Below, piece by piece: positions 29,843 through 38,481 of a stretch of 64,000 nt of DNA (the stretch's first letter is position 1; each line of letters starts with the position of its first letter). The stretch covers positions 1-64,000 of the forward strand of contig JABIHA010000122.1 of assembly GCA_018649885.1 (NCBI GenBank), read 5' to 3'. Below the pieces are notes generated by a model that was not told the origin of the DNA, ran no database searches, and saw only the letters and a program-made list of their open reading frames with translations. Both the position numbers and the translations under genes were made by a program. This stretch comes from Bacteriovoracaceae bacterium. Lineage in GTDB: Bacteria; Bdellovibrionota; Bacteriovoracia; Bacteriovoracales; Bacteriovoracaceae.

Positions 29843-30892
29843 TTAGTGTGACTGATGAAGTCTTTCGGTAAGAGACTTTAAATCTTGAACGCCTTGTTGT
29901 TCCATTTCATCATCTATTTGATTTTTAATTTCTTGAAGTAAATTTGGGCCTTTGTAGATGAAAGAAGTGTAGATTTGCATAACCTTTCCTCCCAACTTCC
30001 AAAACTCTCTTAGGTCTTCATAAGAGTCAACTCCTCCAACTCCAATGACCTCAAAGTCGCTAAGACCCTTTGTTTCTTTAAGAACCCAGCTTCGAACTTC
30101 TCTTGAACGCTGCCTTAGTAGCTGTCCAGAAACTCCACCATCGCCTAAGCTTTCAATTTTAGTGGTATTTGTAGCAACGATTCCGCTAAGCTGATTATCC
30201 ACACAAACTTTTACGATTGAAGCAATGTCAGAGCTGGCAAGATCGGGGGCGATTTTTAAAAATAGTGGTTTCGGGCACTTCGCTCTTTCTTCTCCCACGG
30301 CCTGAAGAATTTCACTGAGCATCTCTTCATTTTGAAGATCTCGAAGGCCCGGTGTATTTGGTGAAGAAACATTAATCACCAAATAATCAACAACAGGAGC
30401 TAAGTCCTTGTAAAGCATTTGATAATCACTTGGAGCATCAGCCGCTGCGGTAATTTTATTTTTGCCAAGGTTGGCGCCCAATATTTTTGATATGGGGTGA
30501 GCTATAATATTTTTTTTGAGAAATTCACTACCATGATTGTTGAAGCCCATGCGATTTCTTAGACTTGACTCTTCGGGGTAGCGAAAAAGTCTGGGTTTAT
30601 CATTTCCTGGCTGGGCCTTAGGAGTCACCGTTCCTACTTCAATTGCTCCAAAACCAAGGCCTTCGAAAAATCGCAGCCCCACAGCATCTTTATCAAGGCC
30701 TGCTGCAAGCCCGATTGGAAAGCTCCACTTAAGTCCCGCCACATCTAGCTCATAGGTTTTTTGATCCCAGTTTTCTTGTCCAAATATCTTTGATGTAAAA
30801 GGAAGCATCTTTGCTAAACGCAGGGTATTTTCATGGGCCTTTTCAGGGTCTTGCTTAAAGGCCATGGATCTAAATAAAGGGTACAAATCCAT
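29843..30892 (-). CDS. pyrD: Quinone-dependent dihydroorotate dehydrogenase
   Basis: GLAAGLDK, NRMGFNN, NVSSPNTPGLR, KIAPD, TNTT, GGVSG. Confidence 0.95.
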   Translation of the reverse strand: MDLYPLFRSMAFKQDPEKAHENTLRLAKMLPFTSKIFGQENWDQKTYELDVAGLKWSFPIGLAAGLDKDAVGLRFFEGLGFGAIEVGTVTPKAQPGNDKPRLFRYPEESSLRNRMGFNNHGSEFLKKNIIAHPISKILGANLGKNKITAAADAPSDYQMLYKDLAPVVDYLVINVSSPNTPGLRDLQNEEMLSEILQAVGEERAKCPKPLFLKIAPDLASSDIASIVKVCVDNQLSGIVATNTTKIESLGDGGVSGQLLRQRSREVRSWVLKETKGLSDFEVIGVGGVDSYEDLREFWKLGGKVMQIYTSFIYKGPNLLQEIKNQIDDEMEQQGVQDLKSLTERLHQSH

Positions 30893-30961
30893 GACCTGAC
30901 TATAGAAGATTCTTTAAGTTTTGGCCAAAATAACCTGGCCCAATTGATATAAAGACGCAGA

Positions 30962-31846
30962 TCAGCTATTCACAAAACTATCAAACTCATCAAGTGAAGT
31001 GAAATGCTTGCCAGAGAAATTAACATGACTTAATTTTCTGTCTTCAATTGTAAAGCCTGAAAATGAACAGTGATTAAAATTACAGTTGGAAAATTTGGTA
31101 TCAGTAATTTTCATTTCACTTAAACAAGCCTCTTTTAGTGTGCCTGCCATAAACTCACAATCACTTAATTTGCTATTTCTAATATGGGAGTTTACAAATG
31201 AAAATCCATTGAAGGTGCAGTCACTTATAAGAGAATTCTCTTCAATATCAACATGCTTGATAGACACGCCGTTAAAATGACAATCACTTAGCTGAGCTTT
31301 ACTGAGAAGCTTGAGCTTGCTTACTTTGGAGCCATTGAACTCAGTATCAACAATTTTGGCGTGATCTAATTTTAAACTATCAATGGTGCTTCCATTAATT
31401 TGTGTATCACAAATTTTTGATTCAAATAAACTCACATTAACCATATTGGATGCCTGAATGGAATTATCACTAAATGTACTGCCATTTAAATTTAACTCCG
31501 ATACGTGAGAAACCTGGATGCTATTGTCACAAAATTTATAATTCTCTCCAACTGGGTTACTAAATTTACTCATATTAATTGAGTTATCAAACTCATCGCT
31601 GCCACCAATATGAAGGGAGCGTGTAATACCTGAAGCCAGCTCTGCTAATTTGCCAAGCTTTGAGATTTTTTCATACTTTGAACTCTCCTCACTTTCACCA
31701 TGCTCTTTGTGATCGCTTTCATTCTCACAGGCCTTCTTTGATTCTTCTTTTGATTCATTGATGGCCTCAATCAGTTCAACCATTTGTTCATCAGAAATGG
31801 TTCCCGCTCTATTCATTTCTACAATTTTCATTATTTCTTCTTTCAT
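30962..31846 (-). CDS. SHOCT-like N-terminus plus pentapeptide-repeat beta-helix
   Basis: MKEEIMKIVEM..GTISDEQMVELIEAI; ~20-aa periodic DNSIQ/DTEFNG/DCHFNG repeats. Confidence 0.75.
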   Translation of the reverse strand: MKEEIMKIVEMNRAGTISDEQMVELIEAINESKEESKKACENESDHKEHGESEESSKYEKISKLGKLAELASGITRSLHIGGSDEFDNSINMSKFSNPVGENYKFCDNSIQVSHVSELNLNGSTFSDNSIQASNMVNVSLFESKICDTQINGSTIDSLKLDHAKIVDTEFNGSKVSKLKLLSKAQLSDCHFNGVSIKHVDIEENSLISDCTFNGFSFVNSHIRNSKLSDCEFMAGTLKEACLSEMKITDTKFSNCNFNHCSFSGFTIEDRKLSHVNFSGKHFTSLDEFDSFVNS

Positions 31847-31849
31847 TTC

Positions 31850-32230
31850 CTACACCTTGTTTTTTATGAGTTCTACCGCCTTCTCAACGCTCATCTCTCC
31901 GGATTCAATGGCCTTAAGAATATCTTTGGTATCGTTGGTTTTTTTCTGAGAACTTTCACTGACACTTTGAAGCTTTGATTTCAACTTCTTGAGTTTTGAT
32001 TTAACCGTTGGGTAGCTCACTCCCAGGGCGCGCTCCATATCTCCAATCTTCCCTTCGCAAAACACAAATACTCGCAAAAAGTGGACTTCATCTTGACCCA
32101 GAGAGGCGAATTCATTTTCAATGAAATTGCCCTCCATGGTTAAATCACAATCATGGCAGTGAAGAGATTTAACAGATAGTGAGTTTTGACACTCTGGGCA
32201 TTGGAAATTATGTCTTTCGATTTCTTTCAT
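31850..32230 (-). CDS. DUF2089-family Zn-ribbon/HTH regulator
   Basis: CPEC..CHDC, MERALGVSYPTVKSKL, C-terminal ILKAIESGEMSVEKAVELI. Confidence 0.88.
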   Translation of the reverse strand: MKEIERHNFQCPECQNSLSVKSLHCHDCDLTMEGNFIENEFASLGQDEVHFLRVFVFCEGKIGDMERALGVSYPTVKSKLKKLKSKLQSVSESSQKKTNDTKDILKAIESGEMSVEKAVELIKNKV

Positions 32231-32284
32231 GAGGGGAATGTAGATTGAAATTTTTAATAAATCAAGTTCGGAAAATTAAAATTT

Positions 32285-33232
32285 TTAATAAAGCATGACA
32301 AAGTCGCCTTCACTCACCGTCCCGCCTGAATGGACCACCGCGGTAGCCCCATCTGGGCCAAAGTAATCAATAACCTCAAGGGTTCCTTTGACTTCACCCT
32401 TGGAAAGGCCAATGAGAGCGCCGGTTTCTGGATCGTAAATCTCTTCACCTTCGGTTAGGACCTTTAGAATGTCGCCAACATGTATGCCTGAGGCCCTGCC
32501 AGCGTTGATATAGATTTTAGTCCCAATAATTTTAGCAACTCTTCCCATCCAATCCATTTTTGTGGCCAAGGCCAAAATTGGTGGAAGAATTCTTCTTGTT
32601 GCCACCTTTACAGCATATCGAAGCATCTCTTGACGATACTCCATCTGAGATTCAGAGTCGGACTTGAAGAAGCGGAATGTTTTGTCATTGGCGTAACCTA
32701 GAAACGTTCTGCTAAAAACTTCTTTTTGATTTTGGATGTCATATATTTTTAGCTCAACTTTGGCCTCAGCATAGGCCCTCGTTTCACGAATAAGGCCGAT
32801 ATCGTCTGTCTTTTCCCTTACTCTTGCATCAACAATGCGACCATAGAGAACAAAGTTTATGCCAGTAAGTTTAGCTCTTCTCGCCATTTGAGTGAGCTTA
32901 GCACCCCCTCCAGCATAGATCTCTTTACTAGAGCCAAAAATTCTTTGCCCTTCTGAATCAATAATAAACTCACCAGTTCTTCCGATTTCAACTCTCAACT
33001 CTTCAGTAACGTTGACACCTAAATCTGGTCCACCATAGGGGCTTTCATTGAATACCCGTAAAAGTGCTACCTTCTTTTTGATGAGAGCAAACTTGTCATT
33101 AGCTCTGCCACCTTTATAGCCTGAGCCAACTCCTGAGCCTCTTTGAACTGGCTCACTGCCACATCCAAAAACAAAAGTAGTTATAGTGAAAAAAATGAGA
33201 AGCTTCGCAAGTCTTGGCACCCAAACTCCCAA
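32285..33232 (-). CDS. Lipoprotein, CsgG/FlgT-like
   Basis: Lipobox FVFG-C; C-terminal IYINAGRASGIHVGD..EEIYDPETGALIG. Confidence 0.7.
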   Translation of the reverse strand: MGVWVPRLAKLLIFFTITTFVFGCGSEPVQRGSGVGSGYKGGRANDKFALIKKKVALLRVFNESPYGGPDLGVNVTEELRVEIGRTGEFIIDSEGQRIFGSSKEIYAGGGAKLTQMARRAKLTGINFVLYGRIVDARVREKTDDIGLIRETRAYAEAKVELKIYDIQNQKEVFSRTFLGYANDKTFRFFKSDSESQMEYRQEMLRYAVKVATRRILPPILALATKMDWMGRVAKIIGTKIYINAGRASGIHVGDILKVLTEGEEIYDPETGALIGLSKGEVKGTLEVIDYFGPDGATAVVHSGGTVSEGDFVMLY

Positions 33233-33242
33233 AAATAATAGT

Positions 33243-34610
33243 TTACTGCTCTGTTGTTTCTTCAGAGCGTGTTGCTATTATTTTATAGGGTTCTGACTCA
33301 TTTGGAACAAAGTAGCTAAATTTGCCCTTATAAGTCTTACCTTTTAGCCTACTTAGCAGAGACTTGAGATTAGAATCATCGCCTATAAAGTTGACTTCAA
33401 TGATCACCTTATCAACGGCGATTGATTTAACAGATGTTTTTAATCGGTATCTACCACCCATATTACTTAGCAAATTCATCAGCCCATAGGCCTCGGCCAT
33501 GCTTTTATATTCATAAAGAGACAGTCTTCTTTTTTTCATGCCCGATGGAATGGCCATAAGAGATTTCTTTATTCGCTTTAGTGGAGCTAGAGGCATTCTA
33601 TAAACAAAGCTTGCAATTTGAGAGCTCAAGTCACTTCTTTCAAAGAACTTGTAGGTAATGACTCTTGGAGGGATCATAGTGGACAAGACAACCTCTGAAG
33701 TGGCAACGTCCAGTACAATCACTGATCCTGAAAATTCAAATGTCTTAGATTTTAAAACAATATTTTCTTCAATTTTTTTAATATCAAGGGCGAACTTTAA
33801 CCAAAGCCCATTTGTGACGGACATTTCAGCCAGCATTTCTCCTGAAGCAGAAGGTAGTATTTGTCCCGATCTCAAATCATGTTGCAGGCTCTTTATTATC
33901 TCAGTATCTGCTTTTACAACTTGGTCCACTACTCCAGTTAGTTTTGTAATGAGCCAATTATTCCAAGAATCTTCAAGTGTGGATATAAAATCACCTTGAT
34001 TTTTGACACCTAGATCATTCCACCCATCAACTCCCACATTAAAGTGAGTTGAAAAATAAATATTAGAATATTTACCTCCATGCTCTCCTCCCACATACTT
34101 AAAATAAATGCGGTTCAAGGCCTTTCTACTAACTTTGCCATTGAGTTTAATATAGCGAGTATTGGGGTATTCAGAAGACCTAGATATCTTAACGACTGAA
34201 TAGCTTGTAATCACCTTTGAGAGATTTCCGAACTTCTTAGACATCAGAATTCTCTTTTGTCTCATTTTGTTATTAAAGCTAAGTTTTTGCTTGGTTGTTT
34301 GTTTTGGGTCATCCACATGGTATTTTTCTTCCAGTCTTTCTTTTACTAAATTAAATGACTCTTCAAATTTTTCATTAAATTTATTCCAAAATAATTCTGA
34401 ATCCATACCCGCTAAAGTTAATTTTTTGGTAATAATATCTTTAAAAGCATTGTTAATAAGTCCCGATTTGATAAAACTAAGGGAATCATCACTTTGTGCA
34501 TAAAACTTTCCCTCACCTAAAATAAAGTCCCCTCTCTTCTTTTGAGCTTTTTGGGCCCAAACAGACGTGCAAAGACAAACTAAAATCAAATATTTTAAAG
34601 AAATTTTCAT
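33243..34610 (-). CDS. Secreted hypothetical protein
   Basis: Signal peptide; start overlaps the dnaE stop codon. Confidence 0.75.
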   Translation of the reverse strand: MKISLKYLILVCLCTSVWAQKAQKKRGDFILGEGKFYAQSDDSLSFIKSGLINNAFKDIITKKLTLAGMDSELFWNKFNEKFEESFNLVKERLEEKYHVDDPKQTTKQKLSFNNKMRQKRILMSKKFGNLSKVITSYSVVKISRSSEYPNTRYIKLNGKVSRKALNRIYFKYVGGEHGGKYSNIYFSTHFNVGVDGWNDLGVKNQGDFISTLEDSWNNWLITKLTGVVDQVVKADTEIIKSLQHDLRSGQILPSASGEMLAEMSVTNGLWLKFALDIKKIEENIVLKSKTFEFSGSVIVLDVATSEVVLSTMIPPRVITYKFFERSDLSSQIASFVYRMPLAPLKRIKKSLMAIPSGMKKRRLSLYEYKSMAEAYGLMNLLSNMGGRYRLKTSVKSIAVDKVIIEVNFIGDDSNLKSLLSRLKGKTYKGKFSYFVPNESEPYKIIATRSEETTEQ

Positions 34611-37600
34611 TGTGTTACACCTGCCATATCTTCAATTCTTCCATCGATTACAAATTTTACACTATTATCTTGCAATAATTCATTAATTTTTGCGGCCATT
34701 TGTGGTGTGGGATTTACTAAAAATTCTTCACCAAGTGGGAGTCTCGCCCTGGCATCACAATTTTCCAATATAATATGAGCGGGAACACTCCCTCTATAAC
34801 TAAGTAGAAGTTGTTTCAGCTTGGGTAGTGAGTATTCATGGAGCCTTTCAACATCTAATTGAATTCTTACCGCACTGACTCTTTCTTCGGCCTCATCCTT
34901 AAGAAATTGAATCTTATTTGGAAAAAATTTCTTAGGATCCTCAGCGAGATTAACATTGCCGGAAATAATCACAGGTTCATCAGTCTCAAGCATGGCCTCA
35001 AATTCTAAGAAAGTCCTAGGGAAGATAATACATTCAATTTTACTCTCAAGATCCTCTAACATTGCAAAGGCCATCTTATCGCCTTTTTTAGTCAGAATTT
35101 TTTTAACTTCAGTGATTAGGCCCGTCAGTACCAGATCCCTCTTGTCGTGACCGTCAAGTTGGTGGACACCTGTGATTGGCATTGAAGACATTTGCTTCAT
35201 TATATCGCCATACTTATTGAGAGGATGACCTGAAACATAAATACCCATTAATTGTTTTTCATGGGTAAGCATCTCTTTTTCATCGAAATCAGCTGACTCA
35301 ATGATATTAAGATCATCAGCTGCACTAGAAGACTGCACGCCAACAGACGCAAAGAGATTAAATTGTCCTAAGGCTTTCTCTTCTTGTCTTTTGGCAGCAT
35401 AGGCAATAATTAGCTCTAAGTGTTCTAGAAGTGTCCTTCTATTGAGTTTTTCGCAACTATCAAATACCCCAACCTTAATTAACGATTCCAAAACTCTTTT
35501 ATTAACCATTTTTAAATTAATTCTCTCGCAAAGATCAATGAGTCCCTTGTATGGGCCATGTTCGGCGCGATTGTTAATAATTTCTTGAACCGCTGCTTCC
35601 CCAACATTTTTAACGGCCCCCATTCCAAAACGGATATTGATTTTTTCAATAACATTAAATAACCAAAGGGATTCATTTATATCGGGAGGTAAAATCAAAA
35701 GACCATTGTCTTTGGCATCGTTTATGTAGATGGTCACTTTATCAGTATTGGACATCTCTGTGGAAAGAAGGGACGCAAAAAATGGACCTGGGTAATATCT
35801 TTTCAAAAAAGCTGTTTGATAGGCAATATAGGCATAGGCAACAGCGTGCGATTTATTAAACCCATACTCAGCAAATTTGGCCATGAGATCAAATAGGTCA
35901 CGGGCCTTATCTACATCAAATCCTCTTTCAAGGGCACCATTTGAGAAAATCTCACGGTGCTCATCCATTACATCTTTTTTCTTCTTCCCCATCGCTCTTC
36001 TGAGAATATCAGCTTGTCCAAGCGAGTACCCTCCAACAATTCTTGCGATGTTCATCACTTGCTCTTGGTATACAACAATCCCGTAAGTATCTTTAAGGAC
36101 AGGTTCTAAGTCGGGAAATGGAAAGGCCATTTTTTTCCGACCGTGCTTAATCTCAATAAAATCATCCACCATTCCTGAACCAAGGGGACCTGGACGATAT
36201 AAGGCGTTGATAGCAGTTATGTCTTCTATATTATCAGGGCCGATTCTCTTACAAAGATCTTTCATCCCAGAAGATTCCAGTTGAAATACACCTGTGGTAT
36301 TTCCATCTGTAATCATGTCGTAAACATTTCGATCTTCCAAGTCGATGGCCTCTATATCAAAATCAGGGACCTCATCTCTTCGAATAAATTTCGCAGCATT
36401 ATCTACAACTGTCAGTGTTTTTAGTCCGAGAAAATCAAACTTAACAAGCCCAATTTCTTCAGAGAAATCTTTATCAAATTGAACAACTTGCTCGCCCTCT
36501 CTACCTTTAAACAGAGGACAATAATTAACCAGTGGCTCATCTGTAATAATAACACCAGCAGCATGAATAGAGGCGTGCCTTAAAAGTCCCTCAAGGCGAA
36601 GTGAAATTTTTAAAATCTGTCTTATCTTAGGATCTTTCTCTTCTAACTCTCTAAGCTTTGGTTCTTTTTCAATGGCCTCGCCTAGAGAGATTCCAAGTTC
36701 ATCAGGAACAAGTTTTGCCAGCATATCTGCTTCACTATAAGGGAGTGAATAGACCCTACTAACATCTCTTAAAACTGCTTTAGCTTGCAGTTTTCCAAAA
36801 GTAATAATTTGGGCGACCTTATCCTCACCATATTTCTCGATTACATATTGAATAACTTCAGGTCTTCGGTCCTGACAAAAGTCCACATCAAAATCCGGCA
36901 TTGAAATACGCTCAGGATTTATAAATCTCTCAAATAGAAGGTTATAGGGGATGGGATTAATATTTGTAATATTTAGTGAATAGGCAACAAGAGAGCCTGC
37001 TCCCGAGCCTCGACCAGGACCAACTGGGATCTTATTTTCCATTGCCCACTTTATAAAATCCGATACGATTAAAAAGTAACCTTCAAAGCCCATTTTAACG
37101 ATCATATCAACTTCAAGTTTCAAACGATCAAAATATACAGGTTTCAGCTCACTTTCCCAATTTTCGCTAGCAACAAGCTTTGTAAAATGTGGTCCTTTAA
37201 ATCTTTCTAGCAAGCCTTCACTAGATTGGCGCTCAAAGAACTGAGCAGTTGTTTCTCCTGTATCTATTTTAAAATCGGGCAATAAGTAATTCATATTACC
37301 AGCGTCATCAGTCCACTTAAACTCAACATCGCACTTATCTGCAATTCTAAGCGTATTATCACAGGCTTCAGGTACATGTTTAAAAGACTCTCTCATCTCC
37401 TCAGGAGTTTTGTAATAAAACTCACTGGTAGATAATTTCATTCTATTTTCATCTGAAAGAGTTTTTCCTGTTTGAATGCACAGGAGTACCTCTTGGGCAG
37501 CAGCGTCTTCCTTAGTTAAGTAGTGGCAGTCATTTGTGGCAACAAGATTGAGTGAATTTTCTTTTGCAAAACTAATCACTTTTTTATTAACAATGGCCTG

Positions 37601-38212
37601 CTCAGGAATTCCATTTTCTTGAATTTCTAAATAAAAATCATCACCGTAAATATCGCTAAGTTTTTTAATTGCTGATACAGCGCGATCATCTTGATCGTTA
37701 AAGAAATTATATCCCACCTCGCCTTTCAAACAGGCAGTAGTACAAATTATTCCCTCTGAGTACTCTTTTAACAATTCAACATCTGCTCGGGGCTTATAAT
37801 AAAATCCTTCAAGGTAGGCCTTTGAGATCAACTTACATAGATTTTGATAACCAGTTATATTTTTACAAAGCAAAATAAGGTGGTGAATCTGATGCCTACT
37901 TTCTTGTTCATCTTGGCCTGAGATTACCTTTCTTTTATTGGGGGCAATGCGATCAAATCTTGAGCCCGGTGTAAAATAAATTTCCGAGCCAAGGATTGGT
38001 TTGATTCCATTTTTTTTGCAATTTTTGTAAAAATCGATGGCACCAAACATATTTCCATGATCAGTTTGAGCAATTGCTGGAACTCCCAACTCTTTAGCTC
38101 TTTCCATCAAATCTTTTATACGAATCGCTCCATCAAGGAGTGAATACTGAGTATGTAAATGTAGGTGAACAAAAGAATCCTTGTGGGTATCTAATAGTGT
38201 TGTGTCTGTCAT
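34607..38212 (-). CDS. dnaE: DNA polymerase III alpha subunit
   Basis: PHP HLHLHTQYSLLDG, GPGRGSGAGS, MPDFDVDF, KFDFLGL, YGFNKSH; ATG 38212 follows GAGGA. Confidence 0.97.
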   Translation of the reverse strand: MTDTTLLDTHKDSFVHLHLHTQYSLLDGAIRIKDLMERAKELGVPAIAQTDHGNMFGAIDFYKNCKKNGIKPILGSEIYFTPGSRFDRIAPNKRKVISGQDEQESRHQIHHLILLCKNITGYQNLCKLISKAYLEGFYYKPRADVELLKEYSEGIICTTACLKGEVGYNFFNDQDDRAVSAIKKLSDIYGDDFYLEIQENGIPEQAIVNKKVISFAKENSLNLVATNDCHYLTKEDAAAQEVLLCIQTGKTLSDENRMKLSTSEFYYKTPEEMRESFKHVPEACDNTLRIADKCDVEFKWTDDAGNMNYLLPDFKIDTGETTAQFFERQSSEGLLERFKGPHFTKLVASENWESELKPVYFDRLKLEVDMIVKMGFEGYFLIVSDFIKWAMENKIPVGPGRGSGAGSLVAYSLNITNINPIPYNLLFERFINPERISMPDFDVDFCQDRRPEVIQYVIEKYGEDKVAQIITFGKLQAKAVLRDVSRVYSLPYSEADMLAKLVPDELGISLGEAIEKEPKLRELEEKDPKIRQILKISLRLEGLLRHASIHAAGVIITDEPLVNYCPLFKGREGEQVVQFDKDFSEEIGLVKFDFLGLKTLTVVDNAAKFIRRDEVPDFDIEAIDLEDRNVYDMITDGNTTGVFQLESSGMKDLCKRIGPDNIEDITAINALYRPGPLGSGMVDDFIEIKHGRKKMAFPFPDLEPVLKDTYGIVVYQEQVMNIARIVGGYSLGQADILRRAMGKKKKDVMDEHREIFSNGALERGFDVDKARDLFDLMAKFAEYGFNKSHAVAYAYIAYQTAFLKRYYPGPFFASLLSTEMSNTDKVTIYINDAKDNGLLILPPDINESLWLFNVIEKINIRFGMGAVKNVGEAAVQEIINNRAEHGPYKGLIDLCERINLKMVNKRVLESLIKVGVFDSCEKLNRRTLLEHLELIIAYAAKRQEEKALGQFNLFASVGVQSSSAADDLNIIESADFDEKEMLTHEKQLMGIYVSGHPLNKYGDIMKQMSSMPITGVHQLDGHDKRDLVLTGLITEVKKILTKKGDKMAFAMLEDLESKIECIIFPRTFLEFEAMLETDEPVIISGNVNLAEDPKKFFPNKIQFLKDEAEERVSAVRIQLDVERLHEYSLPKLKQLLLSYRGSVPAHIILENCDARARLPLGEEFLVNPTPQMAAKINELLQDNSVKFVIDGRIEDMAGVTQ

Positions 38213-38430
38213 TTTCTGGTCCTCGCGATCCGCCATTCTAACCTAATCGCTTTCCCAAGTTAAGGCTAAGTGCTCACAACTTATGCCTTTAGCCGTAATT
38301 AAGTAGCTAGCTCATGCCGCATCACCTCTTCGCAAATCTCAATATATTGAAACAAATTGCGAGCACTTGAAGAGCGCTCAGAAGTAAAAATTACAATATG
38401 CAAAAAAAATATTTCATGAATTGCATTTTG

Positions 38431-38472
38431 CTGATGTAGGTCAAACTTTTTTGCAGCTTGATGCATTACAAT
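38431..38472 (+). promoter_or_regulatory. Class II FNR/CRP-family-like promoter
   Basis: CTGAT-gtag-GTCAA (8/10 match to TTGAT-N4-ATCAA) centred at 38437.5, TACAAT at 38467-38472; box at about -41.5 if the TSS is ~38479. Confidence 0.5.
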
Positions 38473-38481
38473 ATCGCACAT

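Noticed and set aside
34607..38212. Intein in DnaE
   Set aside because: Normal length (~1200 aa) with contiguous motifs
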